From: Candidatus Parcubacteria bacterium
GTDB taxonomy: Bacteria > Patescibacteriota > Saccharimonadia > UBA4664 > JAHWKN01
Assembly: GCA_019347875.1 (NCBI GenBank)
Contig: JAHWKN010000001.1
Span: 6,801-70,800 of the forward strand
Direction of reading: 5' to 3'
DNA: 64,000 bases
Below are positions 45,282-54,179 of the stretch, piece by piece. A model generated the notes under the pieces. It saw only the letters and a program-made list of their open reading frames with translations, searched no databases and was not told the origin of the DNA. Position 1 is the first letter of the stretch. The number at the start of each line of letters is the position of its first letter. The translations under genes were made by a program, and so were the position numbers.

Positions 45282-47075
45282 TTAGCGGGAGCAGCTAGAG
45301 GGCGGCTTCTGCCCGTTAGCCAGCCCCCTCATCCAGGCGACGGTGTCGTTGAAGCTTTTAACCATCGTGTCGTAGTGAGTTACGTTGGGATACTCCCGCA
45401 GCATGACCGGGCCGCGGCTGCGGCTGCACATCAGCGGCAAAATGGCGGTTTGCTGCGCTGGCAGAATGACGTTATCGAGCGCCCCCTGGTTAATCAGCTT
45501 GGCGCTCTTGGTGGTGGCGTCACCGGCCGTGTTTTTGTCCAAAGCGGCGGCCAGGGCCGGGAAGCTTTGGCCAAGCGTGTTGCCCCTTAACGCCTGCACA
45601 AACTGCGGCTGGTAGACTTTGGCCGGATCGGTGCCCCAGTGGCGGCTGAAGCTGTCGACGCAGCGGGCCCGGATGTCCGCCGCCAAGCTGGCCGCGAAAG
45701 GCGGCTGCAGAATCCGCTCAACGCCGAATACGTCCGGGTAGTAGTCGCTGTAACTGGCCAGCACCAGCGGGCCAAACCACTGGATGGTGGCGCCGCGGGC
45801 CAGATCGGCCAGCGTCTGCTTAACGCTCATGACAGGGCCAAAGCCAACCGCTCCCTTGATCGGGATCTCGGGGGCGTAGCGGGGGCTGATCTTGTCGGCC
45901 CAAAAGGCGGCGTGGCCGCCCTGCGAGTAACCGGCGGTAAAGACGTTGGCATTATCCAGCCGGGTCTTGGCCAGCGGCAGGCGCCGCAGCGCGCGGACGC
46001 TGTCAAGCACCGCCCGTCCCTCCAGCTCGCCTATCATGTAGTGGTGCAGCCTGGTTTCATCGCGCATGCCCTCGTAATCGGTCATCACCACGGCGTAGCC
46101 CTGACCGGCGTACATCAGCAGATGCGACTCGTAGTTGGCCCAGTTGGCCAGTTGCGGCTGCTCCAGGCTGGCGGCGCAGCGGTCGGTTAAGCCGGTGGTG
46201 CCGGGGCCGAAGGCCAAAACCGGCGTTTTGGCGGGAGCGGCCGGCAGGTAAGCCCGGGCATAGATGGCCAGAGGCTGGCCGTTGGTGTCTTGGGAGCGGT
46301 AACGAAACACCACCTTGGTGACGGCCGTGGCGACGGGCGGTGCACCGGGGCCGTAGTTTTGGCGGGCTATGGCGGTGGCCTCACCCGGCGTAAACGTCCG
46401 GGGCTCTTCCTGCGCCAGGATCCGGCCGCGCTCGTCGGGTGGGGCCGGGGGCGGCGGGGCGGCGGCCGGTGATGCAGACCGGGGCTGGCTGGCCTGGCTG
46501 GAGTCCCAAGCGAAGTAGCTGCCCGTTCCCAGCGTCACCAGCAAAAGCAGCCACAAGACGGTGCGGGGCCACAGGGCGGACTTGCCAGAGGAGCGGACCG
46601 TTTCCGGCTGCAGGTGGTAGCTTAATAGGTCCATATCTACGCCTTTAATCTTGGTTGAACGCAAGTAGCTAAAGCCGCGCCGCTCATAGTACTGGCGGTA
46701 ATCGTGAGTGACTACGATAACTTCATGGGCTCCCTGAGTGCGCTGGAGTTCCAGCATCCGCGAAAGCAAACCGGCGCCGGCTTTCTGGCCGCGAAAATCG
46801 GGTTTGACGTACAGCCAGTACAGCTGCCCGTTGCCGTTGCGGGGCACGCTGCCGATGGCGTAGCCGATGATGTTGCCGCCGCTGGTAGCCACCAGCACTT
46901 TGCGGCTAGGCTGCAGCAGCGACCGAAACAGTCTCAGCGGGCTGTTGCCGCGGATGACCTGGCGCTGGTAATCGGCGGGAAAGTAGTTAAAGCTGGTTTG
47001 GACCGCGCGCGTCAGCAGGCGATGCAATGGCCGAATGTGGCGGAGCTTGAGGGGGGAGATCATAACCTGAGACAT
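45282..47075 (-). CDS. fusion protein: N-terminal GNAT acetyltransferase, one TM helix, C-terminal secretory-lipase-like alpha/beta hydrolase
   Basis: GNAT motif LYVKPDFRGQKAGAGLLSRMLE. TM LWPRTVLWLLLLVTLGTGSYFAW. Pro-rich linker. Hydrolase nucleophile elbow TAGYSQGGHAA (GxSxG). Confidence 0.7.
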   Translation of the reverse strand: MSQVMISPLKLRHIRPLHRLLTRAVQTSFNYFPADYQRQVIRGNSPLRLFRSLLQPSRKVLVATSGGNIIGYAIGSVPRNGNGQLYWLYVKPDFRGQKAGAGLLSRMLELQRTQGAHEVIVVTHDYRQYYERRGFSYLRSTKIKGVDMDLLSYHLQPETVRSSGKSALWPRTVLWLLLLVTLGTGSYFAWDSSQASQPRSASPAAAPPPPAPPDERGRILAQEEPRTFTPGEATAIARQNYGPGAPPVATAVTKVVFRYRSQDTNGQPLAIYARAYLPAAPAKTPVLAFGPGTTGLTDRCAASLEQPQLANWANYESHLLMYAGQGYAVVMTDYEGMRDETRLHHYMIGELEGRAVLDSVRALRRLPLAKTRLDNANVFTAGYSQGGHAAFWADKISPRYAPEIPIKGAVGFGPVMSVKQTLADLARGATIQWFGPLVLASYSDYYPDVFGVERILQPPFAASLAADIRARCVDSFSRHWGTDPAKVYQPQFVQALRGNTLGQSFPALAAALDKNTAGDATTKSAKLINQGALDNVILPAQQTAILPLMCSRSRGPVMLREYPNVTHYDTMVKSFNDTVAWMRGLANGQKPPSSCSR

Positions 47076-47282
47076 CGAATCGCTTTCTTTTTAAGAGGCT
47101 GGGGTACTAACCTAGCAGCCAGCGTCTTTTAATCATAACAAAAAAGAGCAGGGGTTAAATGGTTTCTAATTGCCGGCCCCGTCGGCGGACGCCCTGAGGC
47201 GGCAAAGGACGGATGGGGCTGCTATACTCGTTAGACAAAGGCGCAGTCAGATAACTTTCACGATACCAAATAGGATACCAAA

Positions 47283-48458
47283 GTGGCCCGCAAAAAAATC
47301 TCCGAGTTTCGAGCCAAAACCCTTTTGTCTGCGGCGGTTGGGCAAACCTACCGCGGTTTCGAGGTCGATGCCGCCCAAGAGCGGCCGGCTGCGCTTGACC
47401 GGCAGCGGTCTTACGCGGTCAAGGTGGACCAGGGTGTTAAGGGGAGGCAAAAGCAGGGCTTGGTGGCGCTGGGGCGTACCCCCGATCAAGTCTACGGCGA
47501 CATCTCGCGCTGGCACGATCAAGGCTTCCGCTACTTTTTAGTAGAGCCGTTCATTGCCTACCCGCCGGACGCGGAATGCTACCTGTCGATCGAGCGCACC
47601 AGGGAGGGCAGCTTGCTGCGGTACTCGCAGCGCGGCGGCGTGGAGGTTGAGCGGCACCGTTCGGCGGTTCAGCGGCGGCTGGCCGCTGGCGCCGCCGATT
47701 TGGCGGCGGCCGAGAGTACCCTGGGACTGCCCTCCGGCTGGTTAGAGCCGGTACTTAAAACATTCGACCGCTGCTACATCTCGATGCTCGAGATCAACCC
47801 TTTGGTGGTGGCGGACGGTCAGGTTGAGGTGCTGGATCTGGCGGTGGAGGTGGATGATGCGGCCGGTTTAATGGCGGGGGGCGTCTGGTCGCCGGCCGAT
47901 TTTCGTTATCCAAGGACGGACGCTCCGGAGGAGTTCGAGGTCCGTCAGCTGGCCGCCGGCAGCCGGGCTTCGTTCAGTCTGGAGGTGCTGAACCGGGACG
48001 GAGCCGTTTTTTTGCTGCTCTCCGGCGGCGGAGGCAGCCTGGTGGTGGCCGATGAGGTTTACAGCCGGGGCTTTGGGCGCAAGTTGGCTAACTACGGGGA
48101 GTACAGCGGCAACCCGACGGAGCCGGAAACCTATCGCTACGCCAAGCAGGTGCTTAGTTTGCTGCTGCGGTCGGCGGCGCCGCAAAAGGTGCTGATTATC
48201 GGCGGCGGGGTGGCCAACTTTACCGATGTATCGGTTACCTTCCGGGGGATAATCCAGGCGCTGGAGGATGAGGCCGGGCGGCTGCGGCAGCAGCGGGTGA
48301 AGGTGTTTGTGCGCCGCGGCGGCCCCGGGGCGGCTACCGGACTTCGGCAGATGCGCGACGCGTTGGCCAGGCAAGACCTGTTGGGCCTGGTGGCCGGTCC
48401 GGAGCTGTCGCTGGGCGAGGTGGTGAGCGAGGCTTTAGGGGGGTTGAAGCGTGCCTAG
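47283..48458 (+). CDS. aclB: ATP-citrate lyase, ATP-grasp subunit (AclB-type; corresponds to the ACLY N-terminal region)
   Basis: Collinear with human ACLY residues 1-425: KKISEFRAKTLL, FLVEPFIAY, YISMLEINPLVV, KLANYGEYSGNPTEPETYRYAKQVLSLL, VLIIGGGVANFTDVSVTFRGII, VKVFVRRGGP. Confidence 0.85.
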   Translation: MARKKISEFRAKTLLSAAVGQTYRGFEVDAAQERPAALDRQRSYAVKVDQGVKGRQKQGLVALGRTPDQVYGDISRWHDQGFRYFLVEPFIAYPPDAECYLSIERTREGSLLRYSQRGGVEVERHRSAVQRRLAAGAADLAAAESTLGLPSGWLEPVLKTFDRCYISMLEINPLVVADGQVEVLDLAVEVDDAAGLMAGGVWSPADFRYPRTDAPEEFEVRQLAAGSRASFSLEVLNRDGAVFLLLSGGGGSLVVADEVYSRGFGRKLANYGEYSGNPTEPETYRYAKQVLSLLLRSAAPQKVLIIGGGVANFTDVSVTFRGIIQALEDEAGRLRQQRVKVFVRRGGPGAATGLRQMRDALARQDLLGLVAGPELSLGEVVSEALGGLKRA

Positions 48459-50271
48459 CGCCCAGTTGTTCGACATCGCGCGGTTAAGAGGCGAACCGAA
48501 GATTGTGGTGGTGGGCAGCTATGGCAGTATCATCCAGTCGATGCTGGACTTTGACCACTTGGCCGGCCGCCGGTCGCCCAGCGTGGTGGCCATCATCGGG
48601 ACCGGGCGCAAGAGCGAGCGGTACTTCTTCGGCAGAACCGAAATTATGATTCCCGTTGTGCCCTCACCGGCCGCTTTGCCGCCCGGAGCGTTAAGGCAGG
48701 TTAACTTTTTTCTCAACCTGTCTTCCGGCCGCCGGGTGCTAGACAGCACCAGGCAACTGCTGGCCGCCCTGCCCAACCTGGTCGGGGGAGTGGTGTTTGC
48801 CGAGGGGGTACCCGAGCGTCAGGCGCTGCAGCTGCAGCGCCTGACCGCCCGCAAGGGCGTCTGGATGGTCGGGGCGGCCAGCGTCGGGCTGGTGGTGCCC
48901 GGCTCTATCAAGCTCGGCGCGATCGGCGGCACCCAGCCTCGGCAGCTGGAGGAGGCGCGGCTGCTGGAGGCCGGTAGCGTAGCCGTGATCTCGTCATCAG
49001 GCGGGATGGTCAATGAGCTTATTCGCCTGGTGGCCGGCAGCGGCCGCCGCCTGTCCTGGGCGCTGGCGCTAGGCGGGGAACGCTTTCCGCTGACCGCTCC
49101 CCGGGAAGCTTTTTTGGCGGCCCAGGCCGACCCGCCAACCAAGGCCATCGCCTACTTCGGCGAGCTGGGCGGCCGTGACGAGTATGAGCTGGCGGAGTTG
49201 TTGCAGCAGGGGGCGGTGACCAAGCCGGTTGTTTGCTACATCGCCGGAACGGTGGCGGAACTGTTTACAACCCCGCCGCAGTTCGGCCACGCCAAGGCCA
49301 TGGCCGCCCGCGAGGACGAGTCGGCCCGGGCTAAACGGGCGGCCTTGGCGGCCGCCGGGGCCCAGGTGGCCGAGACGTTTAACGACATCGCCGTTTTGCT
49401 GCAGCGGCTGCCGGACGGGCCCGGCCCGGCGCCGCCGCCGGGCGACAACCGCGCGCATCTGCTTGAGTCGCGGCGCCCGGCGCTGTTTGCCAGCTCGATC
49501 TCTCGGGACGCGGGAGGCGCGGTTCAGCTGCTAGGGCAGGACCTGCTCGGGTTAGCCGAGCAGCGCTCCTTTGCCTGGATCGTGGCCTCACTGCTGCTGG
49601 GAAAGCCGGTCCGCTCGGCCGAACTCGAGCGCTTCGTTGAGTTTGTACTGCGCCTGTTGGTCGATCACGGCCCGTACGTTTCCGGGGCCGTTAACACCAT
49701 GGTAACGGCCCGGGCAGGGCGTGATCTGGTTTCGTCGCTGGCCGCCGGCTTACTGACGATCGGGCCGCGTTTCGGCGGCGCCATCAACGCCGCCGCCGCC
49801 GCTTGGCTGGAAGGGGTGGTGGCGGCCAAGTCGCCAGCCCATTTTGTCGAAGAACAGGCGGCCCGCCGCCTGTATATCGCCGGTATCGGGCACCGCAAGT
49901 ACCGGGTTGACGCGCCGGACCCCCGGGTGGAGCGGCTGCTGCGGTTTGCCGACGGGCTGCCGCAGCAGCGCTTTACCGGCTTTGCCATCGCCGTCGAGCA
50001 GATAACGGCCCAAAAAAAGGGCAATCTGATTTTAAACGTCGACGGAGCTATCGCGGCGGTTTTGCTTGATCTGCTCAGTGAACGCGAAAGCTATAGTGAC
50101 GAGCAGCTGCGGTCCCTGGTGGAGCAGGAGTTTTTTAATGCCCTGTTTGTGTTGTCCCGGGCGGTCGGATTGACCGCTCATTACCTCGATCAGCGCCGGC
50201 TGGACGAAGGTCTGTTCCGCCTGCCGGAGGATCAGGTGACCAGGGCGGATGTTGATTTGAGCGAGCAGTAA
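48451..50271 (+). CDS. aclA: ATP-citrate lyase, CoA-binding / phospho-His / citrate-synthase-like subunit (AclA-type)
   Basis: QSMLDFD (ACLY QGMLDFD). Catalytic-His loop QFGHAKAM (ACLY QFGHAGA). Citrate-synthase-like LLVDHGPYVSGAVNTMVTARAGRDLVSSLAAGLLTIGPRFGGAIN. 8-nt overlap with aclB implies translational coupling. Confidence 0.85.
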   Translation: MPSAQLFDIARLRGEPKIVVVGSYGSIIQSMLDFDHLAGRRSPSVVAIIGTGRKSERYFFGRTEIMIPVVPSPAALPPGALRQVNFFLNLSSGRRVLDSTRQLLAALPNLVGGVVFAEGVPERQALQLQRLTARKGVWMVGAASVGLVVPGSIKLGAIGGTQPRQLEEARLLEAGSVAVISSSGGMVNELIRLVAGSGRRLSWALALGGERFPLTAPREAFLAAQADPPTKAIAYFGELGGRDEYELAELLQQGAVTKPVVCYIAGTVAELFTTPPQFGHAKAMAAREDESARAKRAALAAAGAQVAETFNDIAVLLQRLPDGPGPAPPPGDNRAHLLESRRPALFASSISRDAGGAVQLLGQDLLGLAEQRSFAWIVASLLLGKPVRSAELERFVEFVLRLLVDHGPYVSGAVNTMVTARAGRDLVSSLAAGLLTIGPRFGGAINAAAAAWLEGVVAAKSPAHFVEEQAARRLYIAGIGHRKYRVDAPDPRVERLLRFADGLPQQRFTGFAIAVEQITAQKKGNLILNVDGAIAAVLLDLLSERESYSDEQLRSLVEQEFFNALFVLSRAVGLTAHYLDQRRLDEGLFRLPEDQVTRADVDLSEQ

Positions 50272-50387
50272 GGGAGGGCGCGAGTTAACGAAGGAAGCCA
50301 GCGCTCGGCCATAAGTCGGCACTTTTGTTGCCTTGATGCTTTCAGATACAATAATTTACATGGATCGACAGGGAAGAAAGCCTATTT

Positions 50388-52031
50388 TTGGACAAGGAAG
50401 TTTTGAGTAAGCTGCGAGCGGCGCTTGGCCGCTTACTGCGGGTACCGTTTTTCCCGGTGCTGTTTGGATGGTGGTTTTTGCTGGTGACGTTTACCGCCAA
50501 CATCAACCAACTGGAAGCCCGGGTTTTGGTGGTGCCGCTGCTGGTGGTCGGCCTCGTTATCGCGCTGTTTTGGGGGTTGGCGTGGCTGCTGACCAGAGGC
50601 ACCGCTCGTAGCGCCATACTGGCGACGCTGGGGGTGTTTGCCTTCTTTGGCTACGGGCACCTTTTGAGGGTGGTGTCGTGGGTTAGCCCGGCGGCATCAA
50701 GCAAGGGCAGCGTGATAGCATCGATCGTCCTCTTAGTCTGCCTGCTGCTGGCCGGGCTGGTGGCGTTTGGTCGGCGAAACTGGGCTAAAGGGGTGCCGCA
50801 CCTTAACTTTGTGGCCGGGGTGTTGGTGCTGATGAATCTGGTTGCGATTGGCGGCAGTTACATCAACCAGCCGAGGATTAGCGGCGACCGTGCTGCCGAG
50901 GAGGTGGCTGTAGGAGAAACCGCCGAAAAGCCGGATATTTACTACATCGTGCCCGACCGCTACGCCAGCAACACCACTTGGCAAGAGTTTTTCAACTACG
51001 ACAACACGGGGTTTGAGCAAAGCTTAGAAGAGCGGGGGTTTAAGGTGTACGACGACGCTCACTCCAACTATCCCTACACCACCCAATCCCTGGCCTCGAC
51101 CTTAAACATGCGCTACTTGGAGCCCGAAGCAAAAGAACTGCAAGGGCAGACCGAGGAGCTGCTGCCGCTGTATAACTTGATCGGGGAGAACGCGGCGGTC
51201 AAGAACCTGAAGGCGGTAGGCTACCGCTACGTCCACATCGGTTCATGGTGGTGGCCGACCAGCCACAGCGCTTTGGCCGACGTCTCCTTTAACAAAGCGA
51301 TCGCTTTTACGCTGTTTAACCAAAGGTTCGCCGCCGCCGAATACACCCAGCTGATCTTGCGCAACAGCATGGGGCAGATTTTGCTGCGGCGTGGAATCAG
51401 TGTCGGTAACTTTACCGTGCTGGCCGCCAACGTGGTCGACAGCGACGTTCACGCCAACGCTTTTACATATCAGCTTGATTCGCTGCAAAAAACCGTTACC
51501 ATGCCCGGGCCTAAAATCGTTTTTGTCCACCTGCTGATGCCGCACCCGCCGTTTGTTTTCAACGCCGACGGTAGCCGGTTAAAGCCGGACAGCGACGCTT
51601 CTAAGGCCCAGCTGTATGTTGAGCAGCTGAAGTTTACCAATCGAAAGCTGGTGGAGATGATCGACCAGATCCAGGCGCGGTCAAAGACCAAGCCGGTCAT
51701 CTTGCTGCAGGCGGATGAGGGGCCGTATCCGGGTGAAGGCATACCTCAGGCCAGCGGAGCGGACAAGATGCAGGACTACACCCCGGCCGATCTGCAGACC
51801 AAGTTCGGCATTTTACGGGCCCTTAGCTTGCCGCACCTAGAGCCGGCCGATATCCCGGAAGAGTTGTCGTCCGTCAACCTTTTCCGTTTTGTTTTTAATA
51901 AGTACCTGGGGACAAACCTGGAGCTGCTGCCGGAAAAGCAGTTGGTTTTCCCAAACGCGTCCGATCCTTACAACTTCATCGACCGCACCGATGCGGTTAA
52001 GGGCTACGGTGGCCCCGGGGAGGGTGGCTGA
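50388..52031 (+). CDS. membrane-anchored sulfatase/LtaS-family (alkaline-phosphatase superfamily) protein
   Basis: About five N-terminal TM helices, then DIYYIVPDRYAS and HLLMPHPPFVF sulfatase-like motifs. Confidence 0.6.
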   Translation: MDKEVLSKLRAALGRLLRVPFFPVLFGWWFLLVTFTANINQLEARVLVVPLLVVGLVIALFWGLAWLLTRGTARSAILATLGVFAFFGYGHLLRVVSWVSPAASSKGSVIASIVLLVCLLLAGLVAFGRRNWAKGVPHLNFVAGVLVLMNLVAIGGSYINQPRISGDRAAEEVAVGETAEKPDIYYIVPDRYASNTTWQEFFNYDNTGFEQSLEERGFKVYDDAHSNYPYTTQSLASTLNMRYLEPEAKELQGQTEELLPLYNLIGENAAVKNLKAVGYRYVHIGSWWWPTSHSALADVSFNKAIAFTLFNQRFAAAEYTQLILRNSMGQILLRRGISVGNFTVLAANVVDSDVHANAFTYQLDSLQKTVTMPGPKIVFVHLLMPHPPFVFNADGSRLKPDSDASKAQLYVEQLKFTNRKLVEMIDQIQARSKTKPVILLQADEGPYPGEGIPQASGADKMQDYTPADLQTKFGILRALSLPHLEPADIPEELSSVNLFRFVFNKYLGTNLELLPEKQLVFPNASDPYNFIDRTDAVKGYGGPGEGG

Positions 52032-52152
52032 GGGCGCCGCTAGAGGGCTATTAAAGTATATTACCCCTCAACAGGTTGGATTATAGCAAAAGGGGATTGA
52101 AAAAGTCGGCCGGACCTTTTACGCTAGTGTTAATAATTAAACGGTGGGTGTA

Positions 52153-52320
52153 ATGCATCTTTTTGTAGCTTATCTTGATCCTGGCAGCGGCAGTTTAATC
52201 ATTCAGGTGGTGGTCGGCTCTGCCGCCGGCGTCATCTTCTTGTTCAGGAACAGCTTCCGGCAGGGTATCCAGCTGGTTAAGGGCCTGTTGGCCAAGAGCT
52301 CTGCGAACTCTGCAAAGTAG
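52153..52320 (+). CDS. small membrane peptide (55 aa) with a YLDPGSGS motif, not in the ORF track
   Basis: MHLFVAYLDPGSGSLIIQVVVGSAAGVIFLFRNSFRQGIQLVKGLLAKSSANSAK: a single TM helix. Ends 44 nt before the next gene. Confidence 0.45.
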   Translation: MHLFVAYLDPGSGSLIIQVVVGSAAGVIFLFRNSFRQGIQLVKGLLAKSSANSAK

Positions 52321-52363
52321 CTTCGAAACGCTCCCCGGATCTTTCCGGGACCCCAGCGGTTTT

Positions 52364-53698
52364 ATGTTCCGGGCCGGCGGGACGCTCTACCGCCAGGTCA
52401 ACCACACTTACCGAAGCGATTACGACCTTTTAATGAGCTCGGGGCTGCACGATGAGCTGGCCGGCCAGGGGTTGATCGTCGCCCACCGGGACGTTACCAC
52501 AGCGGTTGAGTTCCCCAAAACCGGGGGGTACAAAGTGATTCAGCCCGAAGAGGTGCCGCTGATCTCTTACCCTTACGAGTGGTGCTTCTCACAGCTGCAG
52601 GACGCCGCGTTGGCCACCCTAAACATCCAGCTGGTGGCCATGCGCCACGGCCTGACCTTAAAGGACGCCAGCGCCTACAACATTCAGTTTAGGCAGGGCC
52701 GTCCGGTGCTGATAGACACGCTGTCGTTCGAAAAGTACGTGGAGGGGGAGCCCTGGGTGGCCTACCGCCAGTACTGCCAGCACTTTCTGGCGCCGCTGGC
52801 GTTAATGGCCCACACCGACGTGCGGCTGCTGCAGCTGATGCGGGTTTACATAGACGGCATACCGCTGGATCTGGCCGGCCGGCTGCTGCCGCTAAAGACC
52901 CGCCTTAAGCCGCTGTTGGCCGCCCACCTGCACCTGCACGCCCGCAGCCAGCGGCGCTATTCGGACCAGCCGGGGCAGGCCAAAGGGCGCCGTCTGAGCC
53001 GGTTTGCGCTGGACGGGCTGCTCAGCGGTTTGGCGGCCGCCACCAAGTCGCTGCGCTGGCGGCCGGCCGGTACCGAGTGGGGGGAGTACTACAGTTTTAC
53101 TAATTATACCGAGGGTTCTTTTGACGAGAAAAAGCAGCTGATTGGTGATTTTCTGGACCAGGCTAAGCCTAGCCGGGTGTGCGACCTGGGAGCCAACACC
53201 GGCTTGTTTAGCCGGCTGGCCAGCGATCAGGGAGTTGACACGATGGCGTTCGACATCGATCCGGCCGCGGTCGAGAAAGGCTACCGGCAAGTCAAGGCGC
53301 AGAGCCAGACCCACCTGCTGCCGCTGGTGCTGGATCTGACCAACCCGAGCCCCGGTTTAGGCTGGGCCAACCGGGAGCGGGAACCGTTTGTGGAGCGCGC
53401 TCGTGCGGACATGGTGCTGGCTTTGGCCCTGATACACCACCTAGCCATAGCCAACAACCTGCCTTTCGGCCGGGTGGCGGAGTTTATGGGCCAACTGGCC
53501 GACTGGCTGATTATCGAGTTCGTGCCAAAAGACGACTCGCAGGTTCAGAAACTGCTGGCCAGCCGACAAGACATCTTTTCGGATTACAGCCAGGAGCGGT
53601 TCGAGGCGGAGTTCGGGCGGCATTACGACATTAAACAGCGCCGTCCGCTCAAAGACTCCCGCCGGGTGCTGTACTTAATGAAGTCCAAGCGCAGCTAG
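52364..53698 (+). CDS. two-domain protein: N-terminal atypical kinase-like fold plus C-terminal class I SAM methyltransferase
   Basis: N-terminal catalytic-loop-like LKDASAYNIQFRQGRPVLIDTLSFE (HRD/DFG-like spacing). C-terminal SAM motif VCDLGANTGLFS and acidic DIDP. The N-terminal fold call is inferred. Confidence 0.55.
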   Translation: MFRAGGTLYRQVNHTYRSDYDLLMSSGLHDELAGQGLIVAHRDVTTAVEFPKTGGYKVIQPEEVPLISYPYEWCFSQLQDAALATLNIQLVAMRHGLTLKDASAYNIQFRQGRPVLIDTLSFEKYVEGEPWVAYRQYCQHFLAPLALMAHTDVRLLQLMRVYIDGIPLDLAGRLLPLKTRLKPLLAAHLHLHARSQRRYSDQPGQAKGRRLSRFALDGLLSGLAAATKSLRWRPAGTEWGEYYSFTNYTEGSFDEKKQLIGDFLDQAKPSRVCDLGANTGLFSRLASDQGVDTMAFDIDPAAVEKGYRQVKAQSQTHLLPLVLDLTNPSPGLGWANREREPFVERARADMVLALALIHHLAIANNLPFGRVAEFMGQLADWLIIEFVPKDDSQVQKLLASRQDIFSDYSQERFEAEFGRHYDIKQRRPLKDSRRVLYLMKSKRS

Positions 53699-53804
53699 CC
53701 TAAAGGCCTTGGCGCAAAGCGGGGCGCACCCCAGCATCAACTTGAGTAAATAAGTTGTTCGCGCCCTGGGCTACGCTCTTACTTGAACACCTAGTTTGGG
53801 CATT

Positions 53805-54179
53805 TTAGCTTAGACGGGCGGCCAGATCCGGCGGCAGGGTCAGCGCCGCCAGCGCCAAGCTGGCCAGCAGCAGGCCGATGTCGCGGTAAGTGACGTCGTT
53901 AACCCCGGCGCTGACCAGCACCTGGATGAGGTGGAGCGCGGCCAACAAGGCCGCCAGCCACAGCCCCACCCCGCTAAGGATCCACACGCCTTGCGCGATG
54001 TCGTACAGCGCGGTCGTGATCATGCTGGCGCGCAGCGGCAGCGGCCACACCCGCTTGACCCACGGCAGCACCAGTCCGGTCCATTTGTCATCGGATCGCA
54101 GGATAAAGTAGCCGGTCAGGATGAAGGTACCCCCAAGGCCCAGGCGCAGTAAGTTGACCGCTAGTGCAGTCGGCTGCAT
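53805..54179 (-). CDS. small polytopic membrane protein, hypothetical
   Basis: 124 aa with four predicted TM helices. Abuts the SDR gene with no gap. Confidence 0.45.
   Translation of the reverse strand: MQPTALAVNLLRLGLGGTFILTGYFILRSDDKWTGLVLPWVKRVWPLPLRASMITTALYDIAQGVWILSGVGLWLAALLAALHLIQVLVSAGVNDVTYRDIGLLLASLALAALTLPPDLAARLS

Noticed and set aside
47170-47541. 123-aa plus-strand ORF overlapping the aclB start
   Set aside because: It is out of frame with the strongly supported aclB N-terminus (KKISEFRAKTLL aligns to the ACLY start). Its translation is Arg-rich and low-complexity.
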